NCBI GenBank assembly: GCA_040390065.1 | Contig: JAZJZE010000001.1 | Span: forward strand, 32,001 to 96,000 | From: a bacterium | GTDB lineage: Archaea > Thermoplasmatota > E2 > JACPAO01 > JAHFTW01 | Direction of reading: 5' to 3' | DNA: 64,000 nt | In this document: positions 1 to 8,879 of the stretch, one piece after another | How positions within the stretch are numbered: the first letter of the stretch is position 1 | Layout: every line of letters starts with the position of its first letter | The notes under the pieces: generated by a model | The model's input: only the letters and a program-made list of their open reading frames with translations | The model's database searches: none | What the model was told of the DNA's origin: nothing | Position numbers and translations under genes: made by a program

Positions 1-1527
1 ATCTTCGACTACGTCATCCATGACGAAGCCGGGCAGGCCACCGCGCCGTCGTCACTCTGCGCCGTGCTGCGTGGCCGCCGCCTGGTGCTGGCAGGCGACC
101 CGAAGCAGCTGCCTCCGACAGTCGTCTCCATCGACGCCAAGGAAGCGGGGTTGGACGTCACGCTGTTCGAGCGCATCGAGGAGCTCACCGGCAAGGACCG
201 GACCGTCATGCTGCAGACGCAGTTCCGCATGCGCGAGCCCATCGTGGCGTTCAGCAACAAGCGCTACTACGAGGGCCTCATCCAGACCGACCCGGCCGCA
301 GCCGCGCAGGACGGTTTGCCCGACATGCCGGCGTCGGCGTTCCAGCACGTGACCGGACGCGAGAACGAACGGCAACGCAACGGCTCCATCTCCAACGACT
401 ACGAGGTCGAGGCGGTCGCCGCCCTCGTCGAACGCTTCCGTCCCGAATGCCGCGAAAAGGGTTGGACGCTCGCGGTCCTGACGCCATACCAGGCGCAGCG
501 CGAAGCGATGCGGCGTCGCTTGCCGGACATCGAGGTCTCGACGGTCGACGGTGCGCAGGGCCGCGAGTGGGATGTCGTCCTGTATTCGACCGTGCGCTCT
601 AATCCGCAGCACCGCCTCGGCTTCCTCGAGGATGAGCGCCGCCTCAACGTCGCCGCCACGCGGGCGCGTCGCAACTTCGTTCTCGTGGGCGACGAACGCA
701 CGTTGCACGACAACCCCGCCTTCGCGGAGCTCCTCGCCGTCACGGAGAAAGTGCGTTTCCACTACCCGGACCCGCGACCGCAACCGCGCGGCTTCGAGCG
801 CCGCGACGGCCGACGCGGCGGCTGGGAGGGCGACCGTGGCCATGGCCGCAGCGACCGCGGGCGCGGACCGCCGGCGCGCGGGCCACCCTCGCAGCCACGG
901 CCGCAAGCCCCGCTGCGTCACCCTGGCGTCGTGGACCCCAACCGGCCACCGCCGCGCGAGCCCCAAGCCCCACGGCCGCCCGTCGAGCCTCGCCCCAGGA
1001 TGCCCGACATCTTCCTGAGCGGCGGCCGCCGGCGTGGGCGACGCGGCCGAGGTGATCCCGAGCAGTTCGAGGTCAAGGAAATCCCGATCATCGATCCGTT
1101 TGCGGCGCCGCGACCAGAAAGGCGCAAGTTCGTCGCCGGCCAGGATGCGCCCGTGGACGTCGCGCCGTCGGCGCAAGCGGAGTCGGCGCAATCCAAGCCC
1201 GCGCAGGGCAAGCGTGCGCCGCCGTCGCCCGAGGGTTCGGCAATGCGCGACGAGTCGCCGCGCGCGGTGCGCCCCCGGAACGCCGCAGGGAAGGCTGCCG
1301 TCCAAGTCGCCCGCCCGGCCGAGGCGTCTCCCGCGCCGGAGCCGGCGACGCCGGCCGCCGTGAAGTCGAAGGCGACGAAGGCCAAGGCCGCAACGAAGCC
1401 CAAAGTCGCAAAGGTGGCCAAGGCGAAGCCGGCGAAGGCGTCCAAGACGGCGAAGGCCGCGAGCACGGACAAGCCCGCCAAGCCCGCCAAGGCGGCCAAG
1501 CCGGCCAAGAAGTCGAAGAAGACCTGA
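1..1527 (+). CDS. SF1 Upf1/DNA2-NAM7-like helicase, 5'-truncated by the window edge, with long disordered RG-rich and Lys/Ala-rich C-terminal tail
   Basis: Frame open from base 1 (IFDYVIHDEAGQA = Walker B); GDPKQLPP, QFRM, TPYQAQ, STVDGAQGRE and RRLNVAATRAR motifs of the AAA_11/AAA_12 family. Confidence 0.9.
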   Translation: MFDYVIHDEAGQATAPSSLCAVLRGRRLVLAGDPKQLPPTVVSIDAKEAGLDVTLFERIEELTGKDRTVMLQTQFRMREPIVAFSNKRYYEGLIQTDPAAAAQDGLPDMPASAFQHVTGRENERQRNGSISNDYEVEAVAALVERFRPECREKGWTLAVLTPYQAQREAMRRRLPDIEVSTVDGAQGREWDVVLYSTVRSNPQHRLGFLEDERRLNVAATRARRNFVLVGDERTLHDNPAFAELLAVTEKVRFHYPDPRPQPRGFERRDGRRGGWEGDRGHGRSDRGRGPPARGPPSQPRPQAPLRHPGVVDPNRPPPREPQAPRPPVEPRPRMPDIFLSGGRRRGRRGRGDPEQFEVKEIPIIDPFAAPRPERRKFVAGQDAPVDVAPSAQAESAQSKPAQGKRAPPSPEGSAMRDESPRAVRPRNAAGKAAVQVARPAEASPAPEPATPAAVKSKATKAKAATKPKVAKVAKAKPAKASKTAKAASTDKPAKPAKAAKPAKKSKKT

Positions 1528-2199
1528 TTACCAGGGGACTTTCTTCAAGCCGAGCCAGAACCCAATCCGGTTGACGAGCAGGTGGAGCGCTGGCGTCAGG
1601 ATGACGATGGTGGTGAGGACGAGCCAGTCATCCGTCAGGGCGTGCCGCACCCACCCGCGCGGTAGGAGGGCCGACGCAAGCACGAAGCCGAGCAGACCGA
1701 AGATGACGAAGTCAAGCTGGTCGAAGGGGAACCAGGGTGCTCCTCCTTCACGGCCGGTGCGGCGCTTGAAGTAGGACTTGACGGCGTCGCCGACCAGGGC
1801 CATGAAGCCCACGACCGCGCCGAAAAGGAACACGCGCCAGGCCTCCGTGACGACGTAGTTGCTGCAGTCGGCTGGATCCCCCACGCACGGCGCCTGGCGG
1901 CCGACCGGTGCGCCGTACTCGTAGCCGTTGAAGCCGAAGTCCCAGCCTTCGATGAGGCCCCAGTGAGGTGCGAGCCACGCCATCGCAAGGGCCATGATGC
2001 CCCCAAGAAGCGCCCCGCCCGCCAGGCCACGCCACGTCTTGCCGGCGCCCAGGATGCGCTTGCCGTCTTTGCCAACGTGGCCCGCGTCAATCGGCGCGCT
2101 CCAGCTCGGCACAAGTTTGGCGACGAAGACCGGCGCCATGTTCGCCAGATAAGCCGGGAGAAAAATCCACAGTGCGCGCAGGATCCCCTCCCAGGCCAC
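1528..2199 (-). CDS. carS: CDP-archaeol synthase (DUF46 family)
   Basis: PAYLANMAPV, GKTWRG, GDAVKSYFKRR, DQLDF and C-terminal LGLKKVPW motifs; multiple TM helices. Confidence 0.92.
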   Translation of the reverse strand: MAWEGILRALWIFLPAYLANMAPVFVAKLVPSWSAPIDAGHVGKDGKRILGAGKTWRGLAGGALLGGIMALAMAWLAPHWGLIEGWDFGFNGYEYGAPVGRQAPCVGDPADCSNYVVTEAWRVFLFGAVVGFMALVGDAVKSYFKRRTGREGGAPWFPFDQLDFVIFGLLGFVLASALLPRGWVRHALTDDWLVLTTIVILTPALHLLVNRIGFWLGLKKVPW

Positions 2200-2232
2200 G
2201 CCGCGGCCACCCTGGCCTTGTGGATAAAGCCT

Positions 2233-2385
2233 TCAGAGTTTGGCAAGGCGGCGGACCGCGGGCTCTTGATCCTTCCACGACGCTTCGAAGGCCTTGCGCG
2301 CTTGCGGGGACATGCGGTTGGCACCGCGGGCCCGCGGCTTGGTGTCCTTCTTTGGCTTCTGCGTCACGATGGGCAATTCATTCAC
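2233..2385 (-). CDS. Small ORF (44-50 aa), putative antitoxin of the adjacent Doc toxin
   Basis: Not in the ORF track; translated by hand from GTG 2385 or 2367: ...TQKPKKDTKPRARGANRMSPQARKAFEASWKDQEPAVRRLAKL; overlaps or abuts the doc stop codon. Confidence 0.5.
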   Translation of the reverse strand: MNELPIVTQKPKKDTKPRARGANRMSPQARKAFEASWKDQEPAVRRLAKL

Positions 2386-2773
2386 CTTCCTGTTGAATGT
2401 TGCGCAGCCGGTCTTCGATCCACGCGCCGACGGCTGCTAGGTCCAAGCGGTCCTGGGCGACGTCCAGCGCAAAGCCAACGGCCTGGGCGGGAGGGACCTC
2501 CATGCGGCTGCCATTCAGGCGAAGGAACGTGTCGGTGGCAAGGAAGGATGTTCGCTTGTTGCCGTCCGCGAACGGATGGTCCTGGCACAGCCCGCGCATG
2601 AGAAAGCTGGCTCGTTCCGCCATGGAGGGGATACCGAAGAACGGCCCCCATTGGCATCGGTATAGGGCGGAGTCCACGGCGCCTAGGTTGAGGATTCCGG
2701 GGGTTCCTCCAGTCCGGGTGATGACCTCTTCGTGGAGGCCCAGCACGTCATCCATGGTGAGGAATTGCACCAA
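2378..2773 (-). CDS. Fic/Doc (death-on-curing) family toxin
   Basis: Fic motif HPFADGNKRTS; 131 aa, typical Doc N-terminus (LTMDDVLGLHEEVI..GG.PG). Confidence 0.9.
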   Translation of the reverse strand: MVQFLTMDDVLGLHEEVITRTGGTPGILNLGAVDSALYRCQWGPFFGIPSMAERASFLMRGLCQDHPFADGNKRTSFLATDTFLRLNGSRMEVPPAQAVGFALDVAQDRLDLAAVGAWIEDRLRNIQQEGE

Positions 2774-2877
2774 TCAAGGACCCGGATAGCCTCCTTGAGG
2801 GGGCGCTAGCGGTGGCAGAATTCGCCCACATGCCGGCCTGTCCGAGCACCATGAATCGCTGCAGGGACGTCCCTGAC

Positions 2878-3684
2878 TCACGCCAGGCGTTGGTCGCACG
2901 CCTCGCGCCGGGAGCAGCCCCGGCAGCGCCCCGCCTGTTCGTGGTCGCGGTCGGCCTTCCCCGCGCGCTCGGCCTGGGCGATGCGGCCCAACGTCTGCTC
3001 GAGGTCGGCGCGCAGCTTGTCGTCCCAGGCGATGCGGAACACGCCGTCCGGATAGTTGAGAAGCCCGTAGGCCGGCGCCTTGCCCGAAGTCACTTCGATG
3101 AGGCGCAGGTAGCAGCCGACTTGCAGCGCGTGGCTGGGGAACGGTTTCGGCGGCGTGCGCCCGGTCTTCACTTCCACGGGGACGGGACCGCCTTCGGTCT
3201 TCAGGATGTAATCGGGTTTTCCGCTCAGGTTCCAGGACGGATCCTCGAGGACGCGGCCGCCGCCCGCCAGGTCGGAATCCAGGACGAGCCCAGGCACAAG
3301 GTTCTCGCTGCGTTCGCCGGATTCATAGTTGCGCTGGGCGACGAGGGCGACGATGAGGAGGGCCGCGCTGATGGAGACGAGGAAGAGCGCGGTGACGAGG
3401 AACATCAAGTGGAACGGCGTCTGCGCGAGGAAGACGAGCTCGAGGCCGAGGAACGACACCGAACCAGCGAAGGCGAGGACCCGGAACGACCAGGCGAGGC
3501 CGCTCTTGTATTCGGCTTTCTGGCGTTCGATGGCGTTCTGGGCGGCGCCGAGGCGACCATGTTCCCGCACGCCGCGTTCGCTGCCGGCCCCCGCGCCGGT
3601 CTGGCCGTGCCGGGCGAGGAACCAGTTGTGCGCGCAATACGCGAATTGTTCCACCTCGCCGGCGGAGGGCACGGACCGAGCCAC
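2878..3684 (-). CDS. Solo Cas4-like PD-(D/E)XK nuclease with 4-Cys Fe-S ligands and an inserted two-helix transmembrane hairpin
   Basis: N-terminal EQFAYC, G...H, LSGKPD, PVEVKTG, QVGCY, C-terminal CRGCSRREAC; two hydrophobic segments between first Cys and nuclease core; start at GTG 3684 inferred. Confidence 0.82.
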   Translation of the reverse strand: MARSVPSAGEVEQFAYCAHNWFLARHGQTGAGAGSERGVREHGRLGAAQNAIERQKAEYKSGLAWSFRVLAFAGSVSFLGLELVFLAQTPFHLMFLVTALFLVSISAALLIVALVAQRNYESGERSENLVPGLVLDSDLAGGGRVLEDPSWNLSGKPDYILKTEGGPVPVEVKTGRTPPKPFPSHALQVGCYLRLIEVTSGKAPAYGLLNYPDGVFRIAWDDKLRADLEQTLGRIAQAERAGKADRDHEQAGRCRGCSRREACDQRLA

Positions 3685-3887
3685 GGCGCGCCGCGTTGAA
3701 AGTCTTGGCTGTGCCGGTTCCGGGCTGCCGATGCCCGTTTCGTCGTCGGCCCCCGGCGCATATGGAGGGAATTGCAGGTTGCCTGGACAAGAATGTTGAT
3801 GGATAATGCGGAACCGCAAAGCCGCGGTTAAATACCCCCCCTTGAATTGTGGCGATTGCCCCGCAAGGGGCAGGAACTGAAACACAC

Positions 3888-4337
3888 ATGAAAGCCAACC
3901 AAGCCTTCAAGGCAGAGGAAGAGGCAGTCTCGCCGGTCGTCGGTGTGATCCTGATGGTCGCCATCACGGTCGTTCTGGCAGCCGTCGTCTTCGTCCTGGT
4001 CCAGAACCTGGGCAAGAACACGACGCAGGGCCCGACGGTCAGCTTCAACAAGACGACGAACCCCAGCGGTGGCGGCTATGTCACCGTGAACCAGGCTGAC
4101 CCCAACACGGCCTGGGCCAACATCAAGATCGGCGTCAACGGCGGTGCCCCGGTGGCGGCCACCGCAAATGCGTTGGCCCCGTCGACCGCTACGGCCTGCG
4201 AGTTCTCTGGCGCTGCGCTGCCGACGAACGTCGGCGCCGGCCAAGTCGTCAAGTGCGGCACGGGTGTCACCTCGTTGTCGCTCACCTACGACAACTCCGG
4301 TCAGTCGAGCCTGCTGTACCAGACGACCTTCCCGTAG
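3888..4337 (+). CDS. Archaeal type IV pilin (DUF1628 / Pilin_N), probable major pilin
   Basis: Class III signal peptide EEEA|VSPVVGVILMVAITVVLAAVVFVLV; TATA-like TTAAATA at ~3828; pyrimidine-rich tract downstream. Confidence 0.92.
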   Translation: MKANQAFKAEEEAVSPVVGVILMVAITVVLAAVVFVLVQNLGKNTTQGPTVSFNKTTNPSGGGYVTVNQADPNTAWANIKIGVNGGAPVAATANALAPSTATACEFSGAALPTNVGAGQVVKCGTGVTSLSLTYDNSGQSSLLYQTTFP

Positions 4338-4467
4338 GGCCATCCACATCCCCCTCATCCCCTCCTTCCTTCTTCCTGCATGCCTCCCTTTTCTTTGTCC
4401 CGTTCTGGTCCTTCAAAAAGGCTCGCCGCAACCCCTTATATCGGTGTTCGAGCAATTCCACTGCTAG

Positions 4468-4911
4468 ATGTGTAGTCGGCGACACAGGACGGCACACGAT
4501 GATGCGGTGAGTCCCGTCGTCGGCGTCATCCTGATGGTTGCGATTACCGTCGTCTTGGCCGCCGTCGTCTTCGTGCTGGTGCAGGGCCTGAACAAGAATA
4601 CGACGGAGGTCCCCAACCTCGTGTTTTTCAAGAAGACCGGAAGCACCGGAGGAGGGACCCTCACCGTGACCCAAGCCGATTCCGACATCGTTTGGGATCA
4701 CGTCCTAGTCGGGGTCAACGACGCCGACCCGGTCGCAGTGACGGCCGGCACGCCGGGCGCCGGGGAATGCACGTTGCCCGCGGGCACGAACCTGGCAGGG
4801 GCCGTGACGTCCGGCCAAGTCATCACGTGCGGTTCGAGCGTTCGCGCCGTCAACGTCAGCTACGGCGACCCGTCACAGACGGAACTTGTGGCCAACTACA
4901 AGTTCCCGTAG
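4468..4911 (+). CDS. Archaeal type IV pilin, paralog of upstream pilin
   Basis: DDA|VSPVVGVILMVAITVVLAAVVFVLVQ, identical H-domain to the upstream pilin; related head domain; TTATA at ~4436. Confidence 0.9.
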   Translation: MCSRRHRTAHDDAVSPVVGVILMVAITVVLAAVVFVLVQGLNKNTTEVPNLVFFKKTGSTGGGTLTVTQADSDIVWDHVLVGVNDADPVAVTAGTPGAGECTLPAGTNLAGAVTSGQVITCGSSVRAVNVSYGDPSQTELVANYKFP

Positions 4912-4968
4912 TCCGCGCCGCGCGTCGCCACTGCCCACCCTTATGTGGGCGAACCCCTTGGCAAACAC

Positions 4969-6720
4969 ATGCATGTCAGCCGTCCCGGCCTAGTGGTCGC
5001 CTTGGCCGCACTCGTCCTCGTCATTCCTGCCGCAAGCGCCGATTGGGCATCGTTCCACGCCGATGCCTTGAACACCGGCTACCTGCCCGGCGTCGCCTAT
5101 CCCGTCTACCAGGACGTGTGGTGGAGCAACTCGACCGTCGGCGGCGCGCAGGTCTCCGCCAGTCCGGTCGAGAAGGACAACATCCTCGTCATCGCCGACT
5201 TGAAGGGCCTGGTGCGCGGCCTCGACGCCGAGTCGGGCCACGAGTTCTGGCGGTTCCTCATGCCTGCACCAGTCGCCGGGACGCCTGCGATTGCAGGCGA
5301 ACGCGTCTACGTCGTCGACTCCGCAGGCAACCTCAAGGCGCTCAACCTCAAGACCGGCCTCGAGGAGAAACCGCAGGTCATCCCCGCCGCACTTGGTGCC
5401 ACACAAAGCGATGTCCGCGAATCGGAAGGCAAGCTCTTCATCGGCACCGAGAACGGTCAGATGCGCGCATTCCTGGCGAGCACGTTGACGCCGCTGTGGA
5501 CGTTCGACGTGACGAAGTACACGACAACCAAGACGGTCACGGGGACAAGCCCGAACCTCACGACCACCTGCACGGATCCCATGTCAGGCCAGCCCATCCG
5601 CGGCGCGCCCTCGATCTTCAACGGCATGGTGTTCTTCGGCTCGTTCAACCACTACGTCTACGCCGTCAACGAGAACGGCAACGGCGACCAGACCACCAAC
5701 CTGATCTGGTGGCACAAGACCGGCGACGTCGTCGTGGGCGCCCCGGCGCTGGACATCATCGACGCAAGCACGAACCGGGTCGTCGTGGGATCCTACGACG
5801 GCAAGGTGTACGCATATTCGCCCAACGGGAATTCCGGCGCCGGCAAGTGCTCCGCAACGAACCCCGTCCTCTATGCCGGATCGACGGTCACTCCGGCCTG
5901 GTCCTACTCGGTGCCAAGCGTCGTGGACTCGGTGACGGGTGAGACCCAGATCAGCAAAGTCCATTCCAGTCCGGCCGTGGCCGGCACCAAGGTGTATGTT
6001 GGGGCCAACAATGGCCACGTCTACTCGCTCGACGCCCGCACCGGCGCCTACCTCTGGAACCAGACGGCCGGCGACAGCATCCGGGGCGTGAGTTCGAGCC
6101 CCGCGGTCGCTGGTGGCCACGTCGTCGTCGGGTCGCAGAACAAGAACGTCTACTGGCTCGCCGCGGACACCGGTGCCATCGAGAAGTCCTTCTCGACGCA
6201 AAGCGCCATCGAGACGTCCCCCGCGCTGGACGGGGACAAGGCGTTCGTCGCGGCCAAGGACGGAACGCTCTACATGTTCGGCCCCAAAGTGCCGCCGCGT
6301 CCCGACCTCGTCGTCACGGCCGTTGCCCCAACGCTCTCATCCGTATCCGTCACCGTGGCCAACCAAGGCACGGCGTCGGCTCCGGCCAGCAAGGTCCGCA
6401 TCCTCGTCGACGACATCTTCCTGGCCGACGTGAACGTCACGGCCCTCGGTCCCGGCAACTCGACGACGGTGACGGCCATCGGTGCCATCACGCCGGCGCT
6501 GCACCGCTTCACGGCCAAGGCTGACTTCGGGACGCCCGATGCGGTGAAGGAATCCAACGAGAGCAACAACGACAAGACGGATTCGCTCACGTTGTCGCCG
6601 CCCGCCCCGCCCGTTGCTCCCCCGGCTGCCGCCACCAAGAAGAAGAGCCCCGGCGCAGGCGTGGCCCTCCTGTCCGTGCTCGTCGTCGGTGCGGCCTTGG
6701 GCCGTCGCCGTTACTGGTAG
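4969..6720 (+). CDS. Secreted PQQ-like beta-propeller protein with CARDB domain and C-terminal membrane-sorting signal
   Basis: Signal peptide (PAASA|DW), repeated SSPAV..G.VY.G...G.VY.L propeller units, PDLVV...ESNESNN CARDB, KKKSPG-TM-RRR tail. Confidence 0.88.
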   Translation: MHVSRPGLVVALAALVLVIPAASADWASFHADALNTGYLPGVAYPVYQDVWWSNSTVGGAQVSASPVEKDNILVIADLKGLVRGLDAESGHEFWRFLMPAPVAGTPAIAGERVYVVDSAGNLKALNLKTGLEEKPQVIPAALGATQSDVRESEGKLFIGTENGQMRAFLASTLTPLWTFDVTKYTTTKTVTGTSPNLTTTCTDPMSGQPIRGAPSIFNGMVFFGSFNHYVYAVNENGNGDQTTNLIWWHKTGDVVVGAPALDIIDASTNRVVVGSYDGKVYAYSPNGNSGAGKCSATNPVLYAGSTVTPAWSYSVPSVVDSVTGETQISKVHSSPAVAGTKVYVGANNGHVYSLDARTGAYLWNQTAGDSIRGVSSSPAVAGGHVVVGSQNKNVYWLAADTGAIEKSFSTQSAIETSPALDGDKAFVAAKDGTLYMFGPKVPPRPDLVVTAVAPTLSSVSVTVANQGTASAPASKVRILVDDIFLADVNVTALGPGNSTTVTAIGAITPALHRFTAKADFGTPDAVKESNESNNDKTDSLTLSPPAPPVAPPAAATKKKSPGAGVALLSVLVVGAALGRRRYW

Positions 6721-7439
6721 ACGAGCCGCAGCCCGCGGCGTTTCCAGTCTGCCTTGACCCACGCGCCGTAGCCGAGGCCGATGGCCATGCCAGAGAGGTG
6801 CGCGAAGTGGCCGATGTTGCCACCCGCGGGCGGGGACACGACGCCCAGGAGGTCCAGGGCCGCGTAGCCGATGCCCGCCGCCCACAGTGGTACGGGCAGC
6901 ACGAAGAACAGCGACACCTTCTGCATGGGGGTCACGACCATGAGGACGCCAAACAGGGCCATGAGGGCGCCCGATGCGCCGAGTGCGCCGCCGTTCGGGA
7001 TGAACAGGAGCGGATCATGCGATGCGTCGAAGGCGACGGCGTGGACTTGGACGACGCCGGAGGCGGCGCCCGCCACGAAGAACAGGACGACGTACCGCAG
7101 CCGACCGAGGATGTGCTCCACCGCGGGGCCGAAGAAGAAGAGGAACAGACCGTTGAACAGGAGGTGGTTGGCGTCGGCAAAATCATGCGACAACGTGCTC
7201 GTCGCCAGCGTCCATGGGCGCCACATCCAGTCCGTGTTGATGATGAAGAGAAAGTCGGGCACGTGGTGCGGCAAGCCGTGCCAGAGAAACGCGCGGCCGA
7301 GGCCCCACGTGTTGGAGCCCGCTGCATCCACGGTGAGCAGCTGCAGGACGTAGACGCCGGCCATGGTTCCCAGCAGCGTGTAGGTCGCGACGGGCCGCCA
7401 GGCCTTCGCCGGCTCGAGCCATGGGCGCCGGCTTTCCAC
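6711..7439 (-). CDS. Rhomboid intramembrane serine protease
   Basis: HLLFN, GASG catalytic Ser, AHLSG catalytic His, multiple TMs. Confidence 0.9.
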   Translation of the reverse strand: MESRRPWLEPAKAWRPVATYTLLGTMAGVYVLQLLTVDAAGSNTWGLGRAFLWHGLPHHVPDFLFIINTDWMWRPWTLATSTLSHDFADANHLLFNGLFLFFFGPAVEHILGRLRYVVLFFVAGAASGVVQVHAVAFDASHDPLLFIPNGGALGASGALMALFGVLMVVTPMQKVSLFFVLPVPLWAAGIGYAALDLLGVVSPPAGGNIGHFAHLSGMAIGLGYGAWVKADWKRRGLRLVYQ

Positions 7440-7519
7440 GGATACGCAAGCAGCGCGTCCGCCGTAAGCATGCCGGCCTGCTGCGGCAAGGCCAAATCAC
7501 GCGGCAGGCTTGCACTCGT

Positions 7520-7909
7520 GTGTTGAGGCTCGGCCGGGACGACGTCGGCGCCTCGCCATTGACGGTGATCCTGGTCGCCGTGCTCGTGGCGGGCGGAATC
7601 ACGGCCCTCGTCGTCATGTCGCTTGTCGGCGGGGTCCACGATGCGCTCGCCCTGCAGCAGGTCGACGACCACGGTGTGCCGGCCTTCCAGGTGACGAGTG
7701 TGGCGGGCGGCGTGGATTGGGACCACCTGAGCGTCCAGTTGGTGGATCCGGCAGGGGTCGACCAGGCCGGAATCTACCTCCAGGCCCCGAATGGGACCGT
7801 GACGCTCGGCGACGTCATCCACCTGCGCACGTTGCCGCCCGGAGGTACCTACCTGTTGCGCATCCTGCAGGACGGCACCGAGTTGACGCGCCTGGCCGTG
7901 GCATTCTAG
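7520..7909 (+). CDS. Divergent pilin-like protein (class III signal peptide)
   Basis: RDDVG|ASPLTVILVAVLVAGGITALVV; beta-rich head with W at a position similar to the other pilins; start at GTG 7520 inferred. Confidence 0.65.
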   Translation: MLRLGRDDVGASPLTVILVAVLVAGGITALVVMSLVGGVHDALALQQVDDHGVPAFQVTSVAGGVDWDHLSVQLVDPAGVDQAGIYLQAPNGTVTLGDVIHLRTLPPGGTYLLRILQDGTELTRLAVAF

Positions 7910-8012
7910 CGGCGGCCGTTGCGGTAGGGGCCGTCTTGCCCCATATCAAGCCTGAACCGGTTCGGGTTCCAGGGGCAAAGGCGTATGTAGGGTCGAACCT
8001 CAATGTCAGGTT

Positions 8013-8450
8013 GTGCTCGCCATTGAACCTGTGAGGGCCGGCGACGTCGACCCCGTTGCCCGGTTGGCCTTGCGCGCCTTGCAGGAACAATACGACCCCG
8101 AATGGCTGGCATCCCAGGCCCAATCGAGTGGCACGTTCCTCGTGGCCCGCGACGTCCCGACGAACCACATCGTGGGATTCGCCGTCGCGAATCGGGACGC
8201 ATGCGAGGCACATCTGCTGGCCATCGCAGTCGAGCGTCAACGCCGCGGTGAGGGGATTGGCTCGGCGCTCCTGTCCAACGTGCGCGACGAACTGGCCCGG
8301 GCCGGCGCGTTCCGTTTGAGTCTCGAGGTGCGCGCCGACGATCCGGGTGCCCAGGCCTTCTACCAGCGGCACGGGTTCTGGCCGGATGGCCTGCAAAGCC
8401 GCGTCTACTCCGACGGCGGCGACGCGGTCAAGATGACACGGCCTCTGTAA
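8013..8450 (+). CDS. GNAT acetyltransferase, RimI/Ard1-like
   Basis: IAV...RRGEGIGSALL acetyl-CoA motif, LEVR, AQAFYQRHGF, YSDGGDAVKM. Confidence 0.88.
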   Translation: MLAIEPVRAGDVDPVARLALRALQEQYDPEWLASQAQSSGTFLVARDVPTNHIVGFAVANRDACEAHLLAIAVERQRRGEGIGSALLSNVRDELARAGAFRLSLEVRADDPGAQAFYQRHGFWPDGLQSRVYSDGGDAVKMTRPL

Positions 8451-8507
8451 GGCACGTTTTCTGTCTGGATGGCCCAGCCCGGGCGTCGCGGTCAACCCTC
8501 ACGGCGG

Positions 8508-8867
8508 CTAGATGCCGTTGTGGAGGGCGGCGAGGGCGAAGGCCGGGAGGTTCCGGTCGCGCGGGGCCAGGTTCTCCTTGTCTTCGTCGTCCTCGTCGCT
8601 TGTCGCCGCGGTCGCCAGCCGGAGGAAGCGTTCCCGCAAGCGCGCTTGGTGATCCGGGTTCCCCTGCATGACGACCTCGGAGAGGCCTTTGCCGAGCAGG
8701 AACACGGCGCGCTTGTGGTCGGTCTTGGACTTGTGGATGTGCTGGGGGGAGACGGCCAGGGAATCGTATTCCCGGAACTCGCCAACCATCGGCAACCCGC
8801 AGTCTTCGAAGTACCGCTTCATCTGGCAGAGCAAGCTGTGAAGCTGCAGCAGCTCGTCTTTGTGCAT
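8508..8867 (-). CDS. UPF0058 family protein
   Basis: MHKDELLQLH...Y..L.VSPQHIHKSKTDHKRAVFLLG signature. Confidence 0.85.
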   Translation of the reverse strand: MHKDELLQLHSLLCQMKRYFEDCGLPMVGEFREYDSLAVSPQHIHKSKTDHKRAVFLLGKGLSEVVMQGNPDHQARLRERFLRLATAATSDEDDEDKENLAPRDRNLPAFALAALHNGI

Positions 8868-8879
8868 CCCATTCCTTCC

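Noticed and set aside
2878-3684. CRISPR-Cas locus suggested by the Cas4-like gene
   Set aside because: No repeat-spacer array, cas1, cas2 or effector genes seen anywhere in the window
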